Assembly (NCBI GenBank): GCA_963827235.1
Contig: CAWHAE010000010.1
Coordinates: 736,001-800,000 of the forward strand
Length of the DNA: 64,000 bases
Direction: 5' to 3'
From: an uncultured bacterium
GTDB taxonomy: Bacteria > Chloroflexota > UBA5177 > JANWHV01
How positions within the stretch are numbered: the stretch's first letter is position 1; every line of letters starts with the position of its first letter. Made by a program: the position numbers and the translations under genes. The notes below the pieces were generated by a model. The model ran no database searches. It had not been told where the DNA came from and saw only the letters and a list, made by a program, of their open reading frames with translations. Of the stretch, positions 1-8,607 are shown in pieces.

Positions 1-357
1 GGGGAGCACATGCTGTCGTCGGTTCCGTTCTTGAAGGATATCCTGCCCGCAGTGCGGCATCACCACGAACGTTGGGACGGCCGGGGCTATCCGGATGGCC
101 TGCGAGCGCAACAGATACCAATGGAGGCCACGATCCTCTGCGTTGCCGATGCGTTCGACGCCATGACGAGCGACCGTCCGTATCGTGCCGCACTCTCCGC
201 GGACGAGGCGCTCACCCGGGTTCGCGATGGCAGCGGCACGCAGTTCAGCCCGGACGTGGTACTCGCTCTCGAGAGCGCCGTGGAAGCAGGATCGATCGAC
301 GTTCTGGCCGCAACGTGGGACAGCATTGGCGACGATGCGATCGAAGAGGCCGGCTAG
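1..357 (+). CDS. HD-GYP domain c-di-GMP phosphodiesterase (3' part; 5' end outside window)
   Basis: HHHERWDGRGYPDGL and ADAFDAMTSDRPYR HD-GYP motifs; frame open from base 1. Confidence 0.9.
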   Translation, partial: GEHMLSSVPFLKDILPAVRHHHERWDGRGYPDGLRAQQIPMEATILCVADAFDAMTSDRPYRAALSADEALTRVRDGSGTQFSPDVVLALESAVEAGSIDVLAATWDSIGDDAIEEAG

Positions 358-380
358 GTGAGACCGAGCGCGCCCTGGTC

Positions 381-1013
381 TCACTGCGTGGCAGGCGCGC
401 CCAAGGGGCCGTGGTCAAGTCCGGAAACATGCGCGTCTTCGCATGTAGGCGCACTTCGCCGACGACGGGTCGCTCCCCAAACAAGCCAGCCGGCACCGCC
501 TGCCAGCAGCAGGTCGCCGATGCTGCAAACGCAGCCGTGATCGGCAGGTAAGGCAACGCGTATCTGATCGGAGAGCGCGTTCAGACGACTGGACCCGGTG
601 GCCGGCTCCCTATTGTAGTAGAGCGGGTCATCCGCGACCAGGGCAGCGGCCTGCGCCGCACCTTCGGTCGAGCGCAGCGCGGCGACGTCGACAGGCATGC
701 GGCCACCGTTGGCCATGATGGCGGCGCAGTTGAGAGCCAGCCCAAGAAGGATCAGGCGGGCCGGTGCGCCGAGGTGCCAGTTACGGCCGACGCCAAACAG
801 CACCAAGCCCATGGCCGCCACGTAAACGGCCCTGCCGGCCTTGTGCACGGCTTCCGGGTCCTGCACCGCGATCACGTACACGGCGGCCTGCAGCGCGAAC
901 GACAGGAGAATCGCCCAGACGACGCGGATCGGCAGGGCGGCGAGCAAGCGGAGCGAGCCGCCCTGAAGAAGAGCAATGACTATGCCGACGATGACCGGCA
1001 ACAGAATGATCAT
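381..1013 (-). CDS. DUF5317-family multi-pass membrane protein
   Basis: Hydrophobic helices; GLALN..ANGGRMPV, LSDQI and SIGDLLL.GG motifs typical of DUF5317; adjacent to HD-GYP gene. Confidence 0.8.
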   Translation of the reverse strand: MIILLPVIVGIVIALLQGGSLRLLAALPIRVVWAILLSFALQAAVYVIAVQDPEAVHKAGRAVYVAAMGLVLFGVGRNWHLGAPARLILLGLALNCAAIMANGGRMPVDVAALRSTEGAAQAAALVADDPLYYNREPATGSSRLNALSDQIRVALPADHGCVCSIGDLLLAGGAGWLVWGATRRRRSAPTCEDAHVSGLDHGPLGAPATQ

Positions 1014-1062
1014 GAACCTACAACCACCCGGCTAGCCGCACGGCGTCGTGAGCCTAACACAA

Positions 1063-1101
1063 CCGAGCGACGCCCACTACACGGTCACGGGCGTCGCTCG
1101 G
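1063..1101 (-). terminator. 13-bp perfect hairpin between peptide gene and DUF5317 (terminator/attenuator or stabilising stem)
   Basis: ccgagcgacgccc (1063-1075) / gggcgtcgctcgg (1089-1101), 13-nt loop, followed by TTGTGTT on minus strand. Confidence 0.65.
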
Positions 1102-1125
1102 CGCTCCTTGAGCGGAACCTGGATA

Positions 1126-1248
1126 CTAACGACCGCCCCACATTGTCGTGGCACCGGATGCCATGACGAGGGTCATCAGCGACATAAGAACCAGGAACAG
1201 CCTCACCAGGACATCTCTATGCCACTCGTGAGTGTTCGCGACTTTCAT
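1126..1248 (-). CDS. Unannotated 40-aa peptide MKVANTHEWHRDVLVRLFLVLMSLMTLVMASGATTMWGGR; putative signalling-peptide precursor
   Basis: Translated by hand (below ORF-track cutoff); RBS GAAGGAGAGGAA directly before ATG; signal-like hydrophobic core then ASGA-TTMWGGR; upstream of and co-oriented with DUF5317. Confidence 0.75.
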   Translation of the reverse strand: MKVANTHEWHRDVLVRLFLVLMSLMTLVMASGATTMWGGR

Positions 1249-1369
1249 TTCCTCTCCTTCCCTGGGAAACGCGCACGTGGCCACCACGGCTGTCTCACAC
1301 GATAGACGTGCGACGTTACGCGCGCGTGCAACGAACGGGACACGCCAACAGGGGGAGCCCGACTGGTAC

Positions 1370-1511
1370 CTTAGGGAAGACAGGCGATTTCTTAGAGAAG
1401 ATGCAGGAGCTCTCGGGACATGTTTGAGGACCGAACCTGCTCAGATTGCAGGGTCTCCCCCTGCAACTCGGTGTATAGTTATGAGCGAAGACGTCCTGCC
1501 CTTAGAGAAGA
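1370..1511. promoter_or_regulatory. Repeated motif CTTAG(A/G)GAAGA in divergent peptide/regulator intergenic region, plus an 8-bp inverted repeat
   Basis: Copies at 1370-1380, 1391-1401, 1501-1511 and degenerate 1481-1491; ttgcaggg/ccctgcaa at 1446-1466; TATAGT -10-like box at 1474-1479. Confidence 0.55.
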
Positions 1512-1547
1512 CGAACCAATCCAGGCCCGGGGCAGCGAGGGATATCG

Positions 1548-4500
1548 ATGTCCGCACACGCCGGCGGCAGCCCACCGCCCGAACCCGTTGGATCGCCACG
1601 GCTCGAAGCACAACAGTCATCGTCGCCGGCCTCGACCCTCGATCCCGGCCACGCATACAGCTATCAGCAGAAGTACACGCGCTGCAACAAGCCAAACTGC
1701 CGGCGCTGTGCAGACGGCCCCGGCCATGGTCCCTACTGGTACGCCTTCTGGTGGGAAGGCGGGCGCACCCGAACCCGCTATCTTGGTCGAGCTGCTCCCG
1801 TGGCCACGGGGGAGACGACTGCCGTCGATACGGAGTCTGCTCCGGCGCAGGCGGCGGCCACCGGCCTGCGCGTCTTCACGCTGGGCCATTTCGCGGTGTG
1901 GCGTGGAGAGACGCCGATACCGGCCGCGGACTGGTCCCGGCGTAAGTCGCTGGCGCTGTTCAAACTGCTCGTCAGCGTTCCGGGTCACCGGCTGCTGCGC
2001 GATCAAGTGCTGGATCAGCTCTGGCCGGGTACCGCAGCCAAGGGAGCGGAGGTTGGACTTCGCGGCGCCACACACGGTATTCGCCGGGCGCTCGGTACGT
2101 CCGGCGACGGCCATGTGCTCGAGGTACACGGCGACAGCATCGCCATGGCCGAGGGAGTGGCAATGTGGATCGACGCCGATGCCTTTGCCACCGCGGCTAC
2201 CGCCGCCCTGGCCCACCGCGACGTCGACGCGTGCCGCTCGGCGCTCGCGCTCTACGGTGGGGACTATCTGCCCGACGATGTGTACGAGGATTGGAGTACC
2301 CGGCGGCGTGACGAGCTGGCACAGCTACGAACCTCGGTGCTCATCCATCAGTCACGACTCTGCGCCGAGGAGGGCGACACGGCCGAGGCGCGCAGCCTGC
2401 TGGCCGCCGTGCTAGCCCTCGATCCCGCTCATGAGGAAGCGGCCTGCAGGCTGATGATACTGCTGGCCGCGGTAGGCGAGCGCACGGAAGCACTGCGGGT
2501 GTTCCAGCGACTGCGAGACACCCTGCGCGAACAGTATGGGCTGGAGCCAGGTGAGGAAGTGGCCATCCTCGCCCAGAATCTGCACGCGCAGCAGGCGGCG
2601 CGCGCGCAGTACCGGGCGCCGGCGGCCAGGAGACGGCTGACGAATCTGCCATCCGGCCTCACCACGTTCGTGGGGCGAGAGGACGCCCAGGCCGTGGTCG
2701 GGCGCATGTTGAAGAAAGCCCGCCTGGTCACGCTGAGTGGGCCGGGAGGTTCCGGCAAGACGCGACTCGCCCTGCGGGTTGCCGAACAGGCTTTGAGCGC
2801 CTACCCGGACGGCGCGTGGTTGTGCGAGCTGGCCGGCCTGGCGCGACAGGCAGACCGCGGGGGCGCGACAGATGGCGACCCCGTCGCGGCGGCCGTCGCC
2901 AGCGCACTCGGTTTGGTCGAAGACCCCGGGTGCAGGCTAGTCGACACCATCTGCGCCTATCTTGGCCCGCGCCGCATGGTCCTCGTGCTGGACAACTGCG
3001 AGCATTTGATCACGCCGGTTGCCCGACTGGTCGACGCAGTAATCAGGCAGTGCCCCGATGTCACGATACTGGTAACAAGCCAGGAGGCACTCGGCCTTCC
3101 GGCCGAATCGACGTGGGCTGTGCCACCGCTTGCACTTCCCGACGCCGCCAAGCGCTACACTCCCGAGCGGCTGTACGCCTTCGACGCCGTTCGCCTGTTC
3201 GTCGAGCGCGCCCGCGCCGCCCGACCCGGCTTTGTCCTCGACGCCGCGTCCGCATCATTGGTCGGGGACGTCTGCCGGCGGCTCGAGGGCATACCATTAG
3301 CCATCGAGCTGGCGGCCGCTCGGCTGGCCTTTCTACCTCTGGACGCGCTCGTCGCACGCGTGCACGATCGCTTCCGCCTGCTGGTAGGCGGCAGCCGCGT
3401 CGCCCTGCCGCGCCACCAGACCCTGCGAGCCATGATGGACTGGAGCTACGGTCTGCTCGGATCCAGAGAGCGATCCCTGCTCGGCCGGCTGGCGGTGTTT
3501 GCCGGCGGCTGGACGCTGGAAGCGGCAGAGGGTGTATGTCCGGACGCCGAGCTGCCCCGGGATGCGATTCTGGACACGCTGGGCGGCCTTGTAGCGAAGT
3601 CACTCGTCACCGTGAGAGAAGGCGGCGCGGCCGAGCGATACGGCATGCTGGAGACGGTGCGCGAATACGGGCATTCACGGCTCGAGGAGGCGGGACAGGA
3701 GGCAAGCGCACGGGAGCGGCACCTGACCTGGTTCGCGCAGCACTGCGAGGATGTGATTGCCACGTGGGGAACGGCGGATCAGGCCGTGTTGCTGCACGGT
3801 CTGGACGTCGAGCTGGAGAACGTACGCGCGGCACTGGCATGGGGCCTGGAGCGGTCGCCGGCTGCTATCGAGGCGCTCAGGCTGGCCAGCGCGTTGAGCA
3901 GGTACTGGGCAACGCGCGGACTGGTCGCAGAGGGCCGCCGGTGGACTGCCCAGACCCTTGATGCTGCTCGCCATGCGCCCGATGGGCTCCGAGCTACCGC
4001 GCTCAACAGGTGCGCGATCCTGGCCCGCCTCGAGGGGGACGCGCCGGGCGCCGGGCAGTACTGGGAAGCCAGTCTAGCACTGTATCGCGGGATGGGCGAT
4101 GCAGAGGGCGTGGCGCGCGTCGCGGGCAACCTGGGCTTGCTTCGCTACGACCGCGGCGACGATCAGGGCGCCGTGGAAGCGCTCAGCGAGGGCCTTGCGC
4201 TCAAGCGAGAACACGGCAACCAGCAAGAAGTGCCGAACTTCCTGCTCAATCTCGGCATGGTCTACACCAGGATGAAGCGCTATGCCGAGGCGGAGGCCGT
4301 CCTCGGCGAAGCGGGGATCATCTGGCGCGAGGCGGGAGACCAGGTGGGGATGAGCGCCACGTTCCTCAGCATGGCCCAGCTAGCGCGCGAGCAGCAGCAG
4401 CTCGAGAGGGCGGGCACACTCTACGTATCGGGACTGCGTCTTTCCGCCGCCATCGGCGATCGACCGCAGATCGCCACCGGGCTCGAGGGAGCGGCGCACG

Positions 4501-4742
4501 TCCTGCTTCACAGGGGAGCCGGAGCACGCGATCCGGCCTCGCTGAAGCTGTGCGCGCACCTGCTCGCCGCGGCCGCGTCATTACGCGAGAGCACAGGCGT
4601 GTCCATCCACGCCGCGGATCATCCTCAATACCAGGCGGATCTGCGGCAGCTGCGCGCACTCGTGGGTGCGAAGTCGTTCGACGCCGAGTGGGCGCGCGGA
4701 TGGGCCATGCCGCTCGAATCGCTCATCGAGCGCATTTGCTGA
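1548..4742 (+). CDS. AfsR/SARP-type regulator: DUF6788-like Cys/His finger + wHTH + BTAD + STAND/NB-ARC ATPase + TPR
   Basis: CNKPNCRRCADGPGHGPYWY; BTAD (YGGDYLPDDVYEDW, DPAHEEA); Walker A GPGGSGKT; Walker B LVLDNCEH; GIPLAIELAAAR; C-terminal TPRs. Confidence 0.9.
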   Translation: MSAHAGGSPPPEPVGSPRLEAQQSSSPASTLDPGHAYSYQQKYTRCNKPNCRRCADGPGHGPYWYAFWWEGGRTRTRYLGRAAPVATGETTAVDTESAPAQAAATGLRVFTLGHFAVWRGETPIPAADWSRRKSLALFKLLVSVPGHRLLRDQVLDQLWPGTAAKGAEVGLRGATHGIRRALGTSGDGHVLEVHGDSIAMAEGVAMWIDADAFATAATAALAHRDVDACRSALALYGGDYLPDDVYEDWSTRRRDELAQLRTSVLIHQSRLCAEEGDTAEARSLLAAVLALDPAHEEAACRLMILLAAVGERTEALRVFQRLRDTLREQYGLEPGEEVAILAQNLHAQQAARAQYRAPAARRRLTNLPSGLTTFVGREDAQAVVGRMLKKARLVTLSGPGGSGKTRLALRVAEQALSAYPDGAWLCELAGLARQADRGGATDGDPVAAAVASALGLVEDPGCRLVDTICAYLGPRRMVLVLDNCEHLITPVARLVDAVIRQCPDVTILVTSQEALGLPAESTWAVPPLALPDAAKRYTPERLYAFDAVRLFVERARAARPGFVLDAASASLVGDVCRRLEGIPLAIELAAARLAFLPLDALVARVHDRFRLLVGGSRVALPRHQTLRAMMDWSYGLLGSRERSLLGRLAVFAGGWTLEAAEGVCPDAELPRDAILDTLGGLVAKSLVTVREGGAAERYGMLETVREYGHSRLEEAGQEASARERHLTWFAQHCEDVIATWGTADQAVLLHGLDVELENVRAALAWGLERSPAAIEALRLASALSRYWATRGLVAEGRRWTAQTLDAARHAPDGLRATALNRCAILARLEGDAPGAGQYWEASLALYRGMGDAEGVARVAGNLGLLRYDRGDDQGAVEALSEGLALKREHGNQQEVPNFLLNLGMVYTRMKRYAEAEAVLGEAGIIWREAGDQVGMSATFLSMAQLAREQQQLERAGTLYVSGLRLSAAIGDRPQIATGLEGAAHVLLHRGAGARDPASLKLCAHLLAAAASLRESTGVSIHAADHPQYQADLRQLRALVGAKSFDAEWARGWAMPLESLIERIC

Positions 4743-4932
4743 GCGCGGCCGATCGGCAGCCGCTCGGTCTACATCGAGCATGCCCGCCACGCGCTCGTCG
4801 CGCCGTGCCGCGAGTGCGCTGGAATCTTCAGCGATTGGTACGGCGCGAATCCCGGTCTTCCGCGCCCGCCGCACAGCAAGGATGCAATGCACCAGGTGCG
4901 CGCGAACCGCGCCGGGATGGCACCGGGCCTGA

Positions 4933-5157
4933 TCAGTGTACCGGCTGTCCCCAGCCGCTCGTATGGATGGCCGTCCCGTGCTCGGCCGAGCTTGGCGTCT
5001 CGAGCAACGCATGCAGCCGTACGCTTGCCACCCGGCTGACCTGCTCCATGTCATGGTGCGAATGCAGGGCAGGAAAAGCGTGCGCGGTCACGGTCGTGGC
5101 TCCGGCGAGGCTGGCAGCGGCAACAAGCGTGGCAAGTGCGGTGGCTCTCTTCTTCAT
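4933..5157 (-). CDS. Small secreted peptide (74 aa), Sec signal ending AHA, C-terminus SGWGQPVH
   Basis: MKKR + hydrophobic core + AxA site; GAGGGGGG RBS; convergent with TPR regulator. Confidence 0.65.
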   Translation of the reverse strand: MKKRATALATLVAAASLAGATTVTAHAFPALHSHHDMEQVSRVASVRLHALLETPSSAEHGTAIHTSGWGQPVH

Positions 5158-5516
5158 GGCTATCCCCCCTCACGGACTGCGAGCGCCGAAGGTCCGCCCG
5201 ATTCCACTACCGGACGAATCGCACCCGATGGCGATCGCTTCGTACTCACGCCTCACGCCCACACGGGCTGGGATGGGCGAAGGCTACAACTACCTTAAAT
5301 GAGGTTGGTTCGTAGAGGAATAGGTTCCTGATAGGAAATAAGTGCCCCCCCATATTGGCTGTTCGGGCAGAAACAGGGCAGGCATGCAGCAGCGCGGGCC
5401 GTCAGCGATCGGTGCGAGCGCCGCAGTGGTGCGATCGCCGGGCGCGCGTCACCTGCAGCGGCATCCGGGACCGTGTGCCGCGCCAGGCCGGCCGTACCAC
5501 AGCATGCCGTGGCGCT

Positions 5517-8348
5517 TCAGGCCGGCGGCGTGCGTTCCGCGCCGCCCTGGGCAGAGGTGGCGATCGCCACCGTCAGGCACTGGCCTCGATCGCACAGGAA
5601 GCGCTGCTCGTTCACCCGGAACTCCACGGCCGCGTCATTGGCGATCGCGGCGACGATCCGCACCTGATGGCGGTCAACGGTGATTTCGAACTGCTGGCCC
5701 CGGAGGAAGACGGTGAAGCAGAGGCTGCGCCACTGAGCGGGAAGCGCCGGCACGATGCAGGCAACCTGCCCGTCGAAGTCGAGGCCGCCGAAACCCAGAA
5801 CGGCCGCCATCCAGGCGCCGCCGTTGGCCGCCGGATGCGTGCCGCCGATGTAGAGCGTGCCCACGTAGCGCTTGTATGCCCCTTTGAGATCCACGTTCGC
5901 TGTAGTCAGGAAGTATGGGTACGCCCACTCGGGACGGCCGATATCGGCCGCCACCGTGGCGTAGACAGACGTGCTGAGGGTCGAGCCCTGCTCCGTCCTG
6001 GGCTCATAGTAGGTCCAATTCGCCGTCTTCACCTCGCGCGAGTAACGGCGGCGAAACATGTGCAGCATGGCAACGACGTCGGCTTGCTTCAGAATCTGCG
6101 TCGTGGTGGCCAGTCCGCTGCCACCGCCGAGATACTCGCTCGGGATCTTGATGCGTGACAGCAACTCTGCCAGCGATAGGTCCTCCAGCTGGTAGTATCC
6201 GTCGAACTGCTCGATCAGCAGCGTCGTCGGGTCCGGGGCGGGCACGTAGAGCTGGGCACACATGTCTTTGATGGAGTGGAGCGTCTCGCCGTAGGCGATG
6301 CGGTCCAGGAGCGCCGACGTGAAGTCCTTGTCGAGCCGACGCAGCAAGTCGACCACGTCGAGAGCCGTCTGCAGACAGAACGCGGCCATGGCATTGGTGA
6401 ATGCGTTGTTGGAGACGCGCTCGTGGTACTCGTCCGGGCCGGTGACGTCGACCAACTCGTAGCGATGCTTATCCTGCTTGAAGTACGCATAAGAGAGGTA
6501 GAATCGAGCGCATTCGAGGATGACCTCGGCACCGCCGTCGAACAGGATGCTCTGGTCGCCGGTGATCAGGTAGTACTGCCAGACCGCCCATGCGACATCC
6601 GCGCTGATGTGAATCTGCTTGTCACGGAAGTAGGTGCGCACCGGCCTGCTTGTGAACACGTCCGTGATATTGAAGAGCGTGCAGGCGTCCTCACCCGTCT
6701 CCTGGCTCTCCCAGGCGTAGAACGCGCCCTGGTAGCCATACTCCGCCGCCTTGGCGCGTGCACCCGCGAGCGTATTGCACCTGTACATCACCAGGTTGCG
6801 CGCGATGCCCGGTTGCGTGTAGGTGAAGAAGGGCAGCATGAACACCTCTGTGTCCCAGAAGCACGCTCCCTTATACATCTGGCCGGCCAGTCCTCTGCCG
6901 GGCACCGACGCCCGATCGGTGTGGCTCGGAGTGGCCTGCATGAGCTGGAAGATGCTGTAGCGGAGGCCAAGCTGCGCATCGGGGTCGCCGTCGATCCGTA
7001 CGCCGGCGCGTGCCCAGCGCTCGTGCCACTGCTGCGCGTGCTTGAGCCGCTCCCGCAGGTAACCTGCGCGCATGGCGCGAGTCACGGCGGCAACCGCTGC
7101 CTCCACGGGGTCGGCCGCGCCGTCCCTGCTGCTGAATATGGCGACAAACTTCTGGAAGGCATAGGTCCGACCGGGTTCCGCTTCGAAAGCGAAGTGCCGC
7201 AGAATGCGGTCTTTGCTCGAGACGACGCCGTGATCGCCACGCCAGGTGATTCCTTCTGCCACAACGACCCTGTCACCTTCGTTGGTGCCGGCGATCGCCA
7301 GCAGAATGCCGTCCCGGCAAGCCAGCGTGAGCTGGGCGAGATGCGGACCGTTGATGTCCCAGACGTCGGCGTCAATTCCGGTCTCGATTGCCAGGTGACC
7401 GGCTGCGTCGACCGACAGCGCGAAATCCATGGCCAACAGATGAACGTCGGCGAGGCTGGCGAAGCGCTCGCTGCTGAGCGCGACCGAGATCCCGGCGAGG
7501 TCGAAGACCGATTCGCGGGCGTGCACGCCTCGCCGCATGTCGATCACCTGCCTGTGATCGACCGGATCGCGCGCGGTAACCGCGGCCTGCTCGTCGTTGC
7601 AGCTGGCCAGCGTGTAGAGTCCGTTGGGCGCATTGACGGGCTCGCGCCACGAGTCGCCGGCCCGATCGAAGATGCCGGACATGGTGCAGCCGACCAGGTG
7701 GGCTTTCAGGTGCTCTTCCAGGGTGCCGCGATAGCCGAAGTTGCCGTTCGCGACGATGAACCGGCTGCCGTTGACCTCGACACGCTCCGGGTCGAAGCCA
7801 TTGGCGGCCACGCACAGATCGCGGTCGGTAGATTCGCCAGTGAACAGCGCGGCATCGCAGACGTCGTACCCGGATATGACGAGATCGGCCGCACTGAAGC
7901 CGGAAGGGTCGCCAACGCCCACAGTCAGCATCCCGGCGGCTCCGGCGGCCTGCACACCGCCGGGTTCCCGCGCGAAGACCACCGAGCGGCTGGGCGCGGC
8001 GTGAAGGGCATCTGCCGCTTGCACAAGCAGATCGGGATCGGGCAGCGACCGGCCGAGCGCGCTGCCGTCGACCACCGCGTCGAATAGATCGCCGAATGCC
8101 GGGCCGTCCTGGAGGAGGCGAGCGTTCCTGCCGGTCAGGACGAGCCCGGTGCGCAGCCCACCGCTTCGCAGACAAGTGACGAACGAGACCAGGCCGGGCA
8201 GACGATTGCCAGCGGCGACCGCCTCGTCGAGGTCGAATATCGCGGCATCGAGCTTGGGGAGGCGCGACCGGGCGACCGCGGCAAGCCATTCGTGCAGCGG
8301 GGCATTCGGCGGAAGGGTAGGGGCGTGGGGTGCCTGGTCAGAATCCAT
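5517..8348 (-). CDS. GH65 glycoside phosphorylase (nigerose/kojibiose phosphorylase-like) with N-terminal degenerate beta-PGM-like HAD domain
   Basis: YKGACFWDTE, QIHISAD, GPDEYHE, KQADVV; N-terminal IFDLDE..LPG..FDAVVD..PDP; start moved to ATG 8348 after GGAGGAGG RBS. Confidence 0.88.
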   Translation of the reverse strand: MDSDQAPHAPTLPPNAPLHEWLAAVARSRLPKLDAAIFDLDEAVAAGNRLPGLVSFVTCLRSGGLRTGLVLTGRNARLLQDGPAFGDLFDAVVDGSALGRSLPDPDLLVQAADALHAAPSRSVVFAREPGGVQAAGAAGMLTVGVGDPSGFSAADLVISGYDVCDAALFTGESTDRDLCVAANGFDPERVEVNGSRFIVANGNFGYRGTLEEHLKAHLVGCTMSGIFDRAGDSWREPVNAPNGLYTLASCNDEQAAVTARDPVDHRQVIDMRRGVHARESVFDLAGISVALSSERFASLADVHLLAMDFALSVDAAGHLAIETGIDADVWDINGPHLAQLTLACRDGILLAIAGTNEGDRVVVAEGITWRGDHGVVSSKDRILRHFAFEAEPGRTYAFQKFVAIFSSRDGAADPVEAAVAAVTRAMRAGYLRERLKHAQQWHERWARAGVRIDGDPDAQLGLRYSIFQLMQATPSHTDRASVPGRGLAGQMYKGACFWDTEVFMLPFFTYTQPGIARNLVMYRCNTLAGARAKAAEYGYQGAFYAWESQETGEDACTLFNITDVFTSRPVRTYFRDKQIHISADVAWAVWQYYLITGDQSILFDGGAEVILECARFYLSYAYFKQDKHRYELVDVTGPDEYHERVSNNAFTNAMAAFCLQTALDVVDLLRRLDKDFTSALLDRIAYGETLHSIKDMCAQLYVPAPDPTTLLIEQFDGYYQLEDLSLAELLSRIKIPSEYLGGGSGLATTTQILKQADVVAMLHMFRRRYSREVKTANWTYYEPRTEQGSTLSTSVYATVAADIGRPEWAYPYFLTTANVDLKGAYKRYVGTLYIGGTHPAANGGAWMAAVLGFGGLDFDGQVACIVPALPAQWRSLCFTVFLRGQQFEITVDRHQVRIVAAIANDAAVEFRVNEQRFLCDRGQCLTVAIATSAQGGAERTPPA

Positions 8349-8473
8349 GTCGAACGAGCCTCCTCCACGGTGTCGCCGCACCGGCGCGACTCGGTCCTCA
8401 CAAGGGCGCAACTGGCCTAACGACATCCAATCTTCATAACGATGCCAGGCGTGAAAATCGGCGCTCTTCGCTT

Positions 8474-8519
8474 TTGAAACGTTACAAGACATGCTACACT
8501 ATGTACCGGGCCTCGTCAA
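8474..8519 (-). promoter_or_regulatory. Sigma70-type promoter TTGACG-N17-TAGCAT with LacI-type operator TTGTAACGTTTCAA at the start site
   Basis: -35 at 8514-8519, -10 at 8491-8496, near-palindrome at 8474-8487; near-identical copy at 26066-26111. Confidence 0.8.
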
Positions 8520-8607
8520 CGGGCACGGCTGGGGCCGGCAGCCGCCACCAACGCCCGCGAGCAGGCGCGACGCGATCGGTCATCCACCGGATGAGGAGAG
8601 CACGAAA

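Noticed and set aside
1650-1800. DUF6788-like segment as an insertion-sequence remnant
   Set aside because: In frame with the regulator; no transposase, terminal inverted repeats or target duplication nearby
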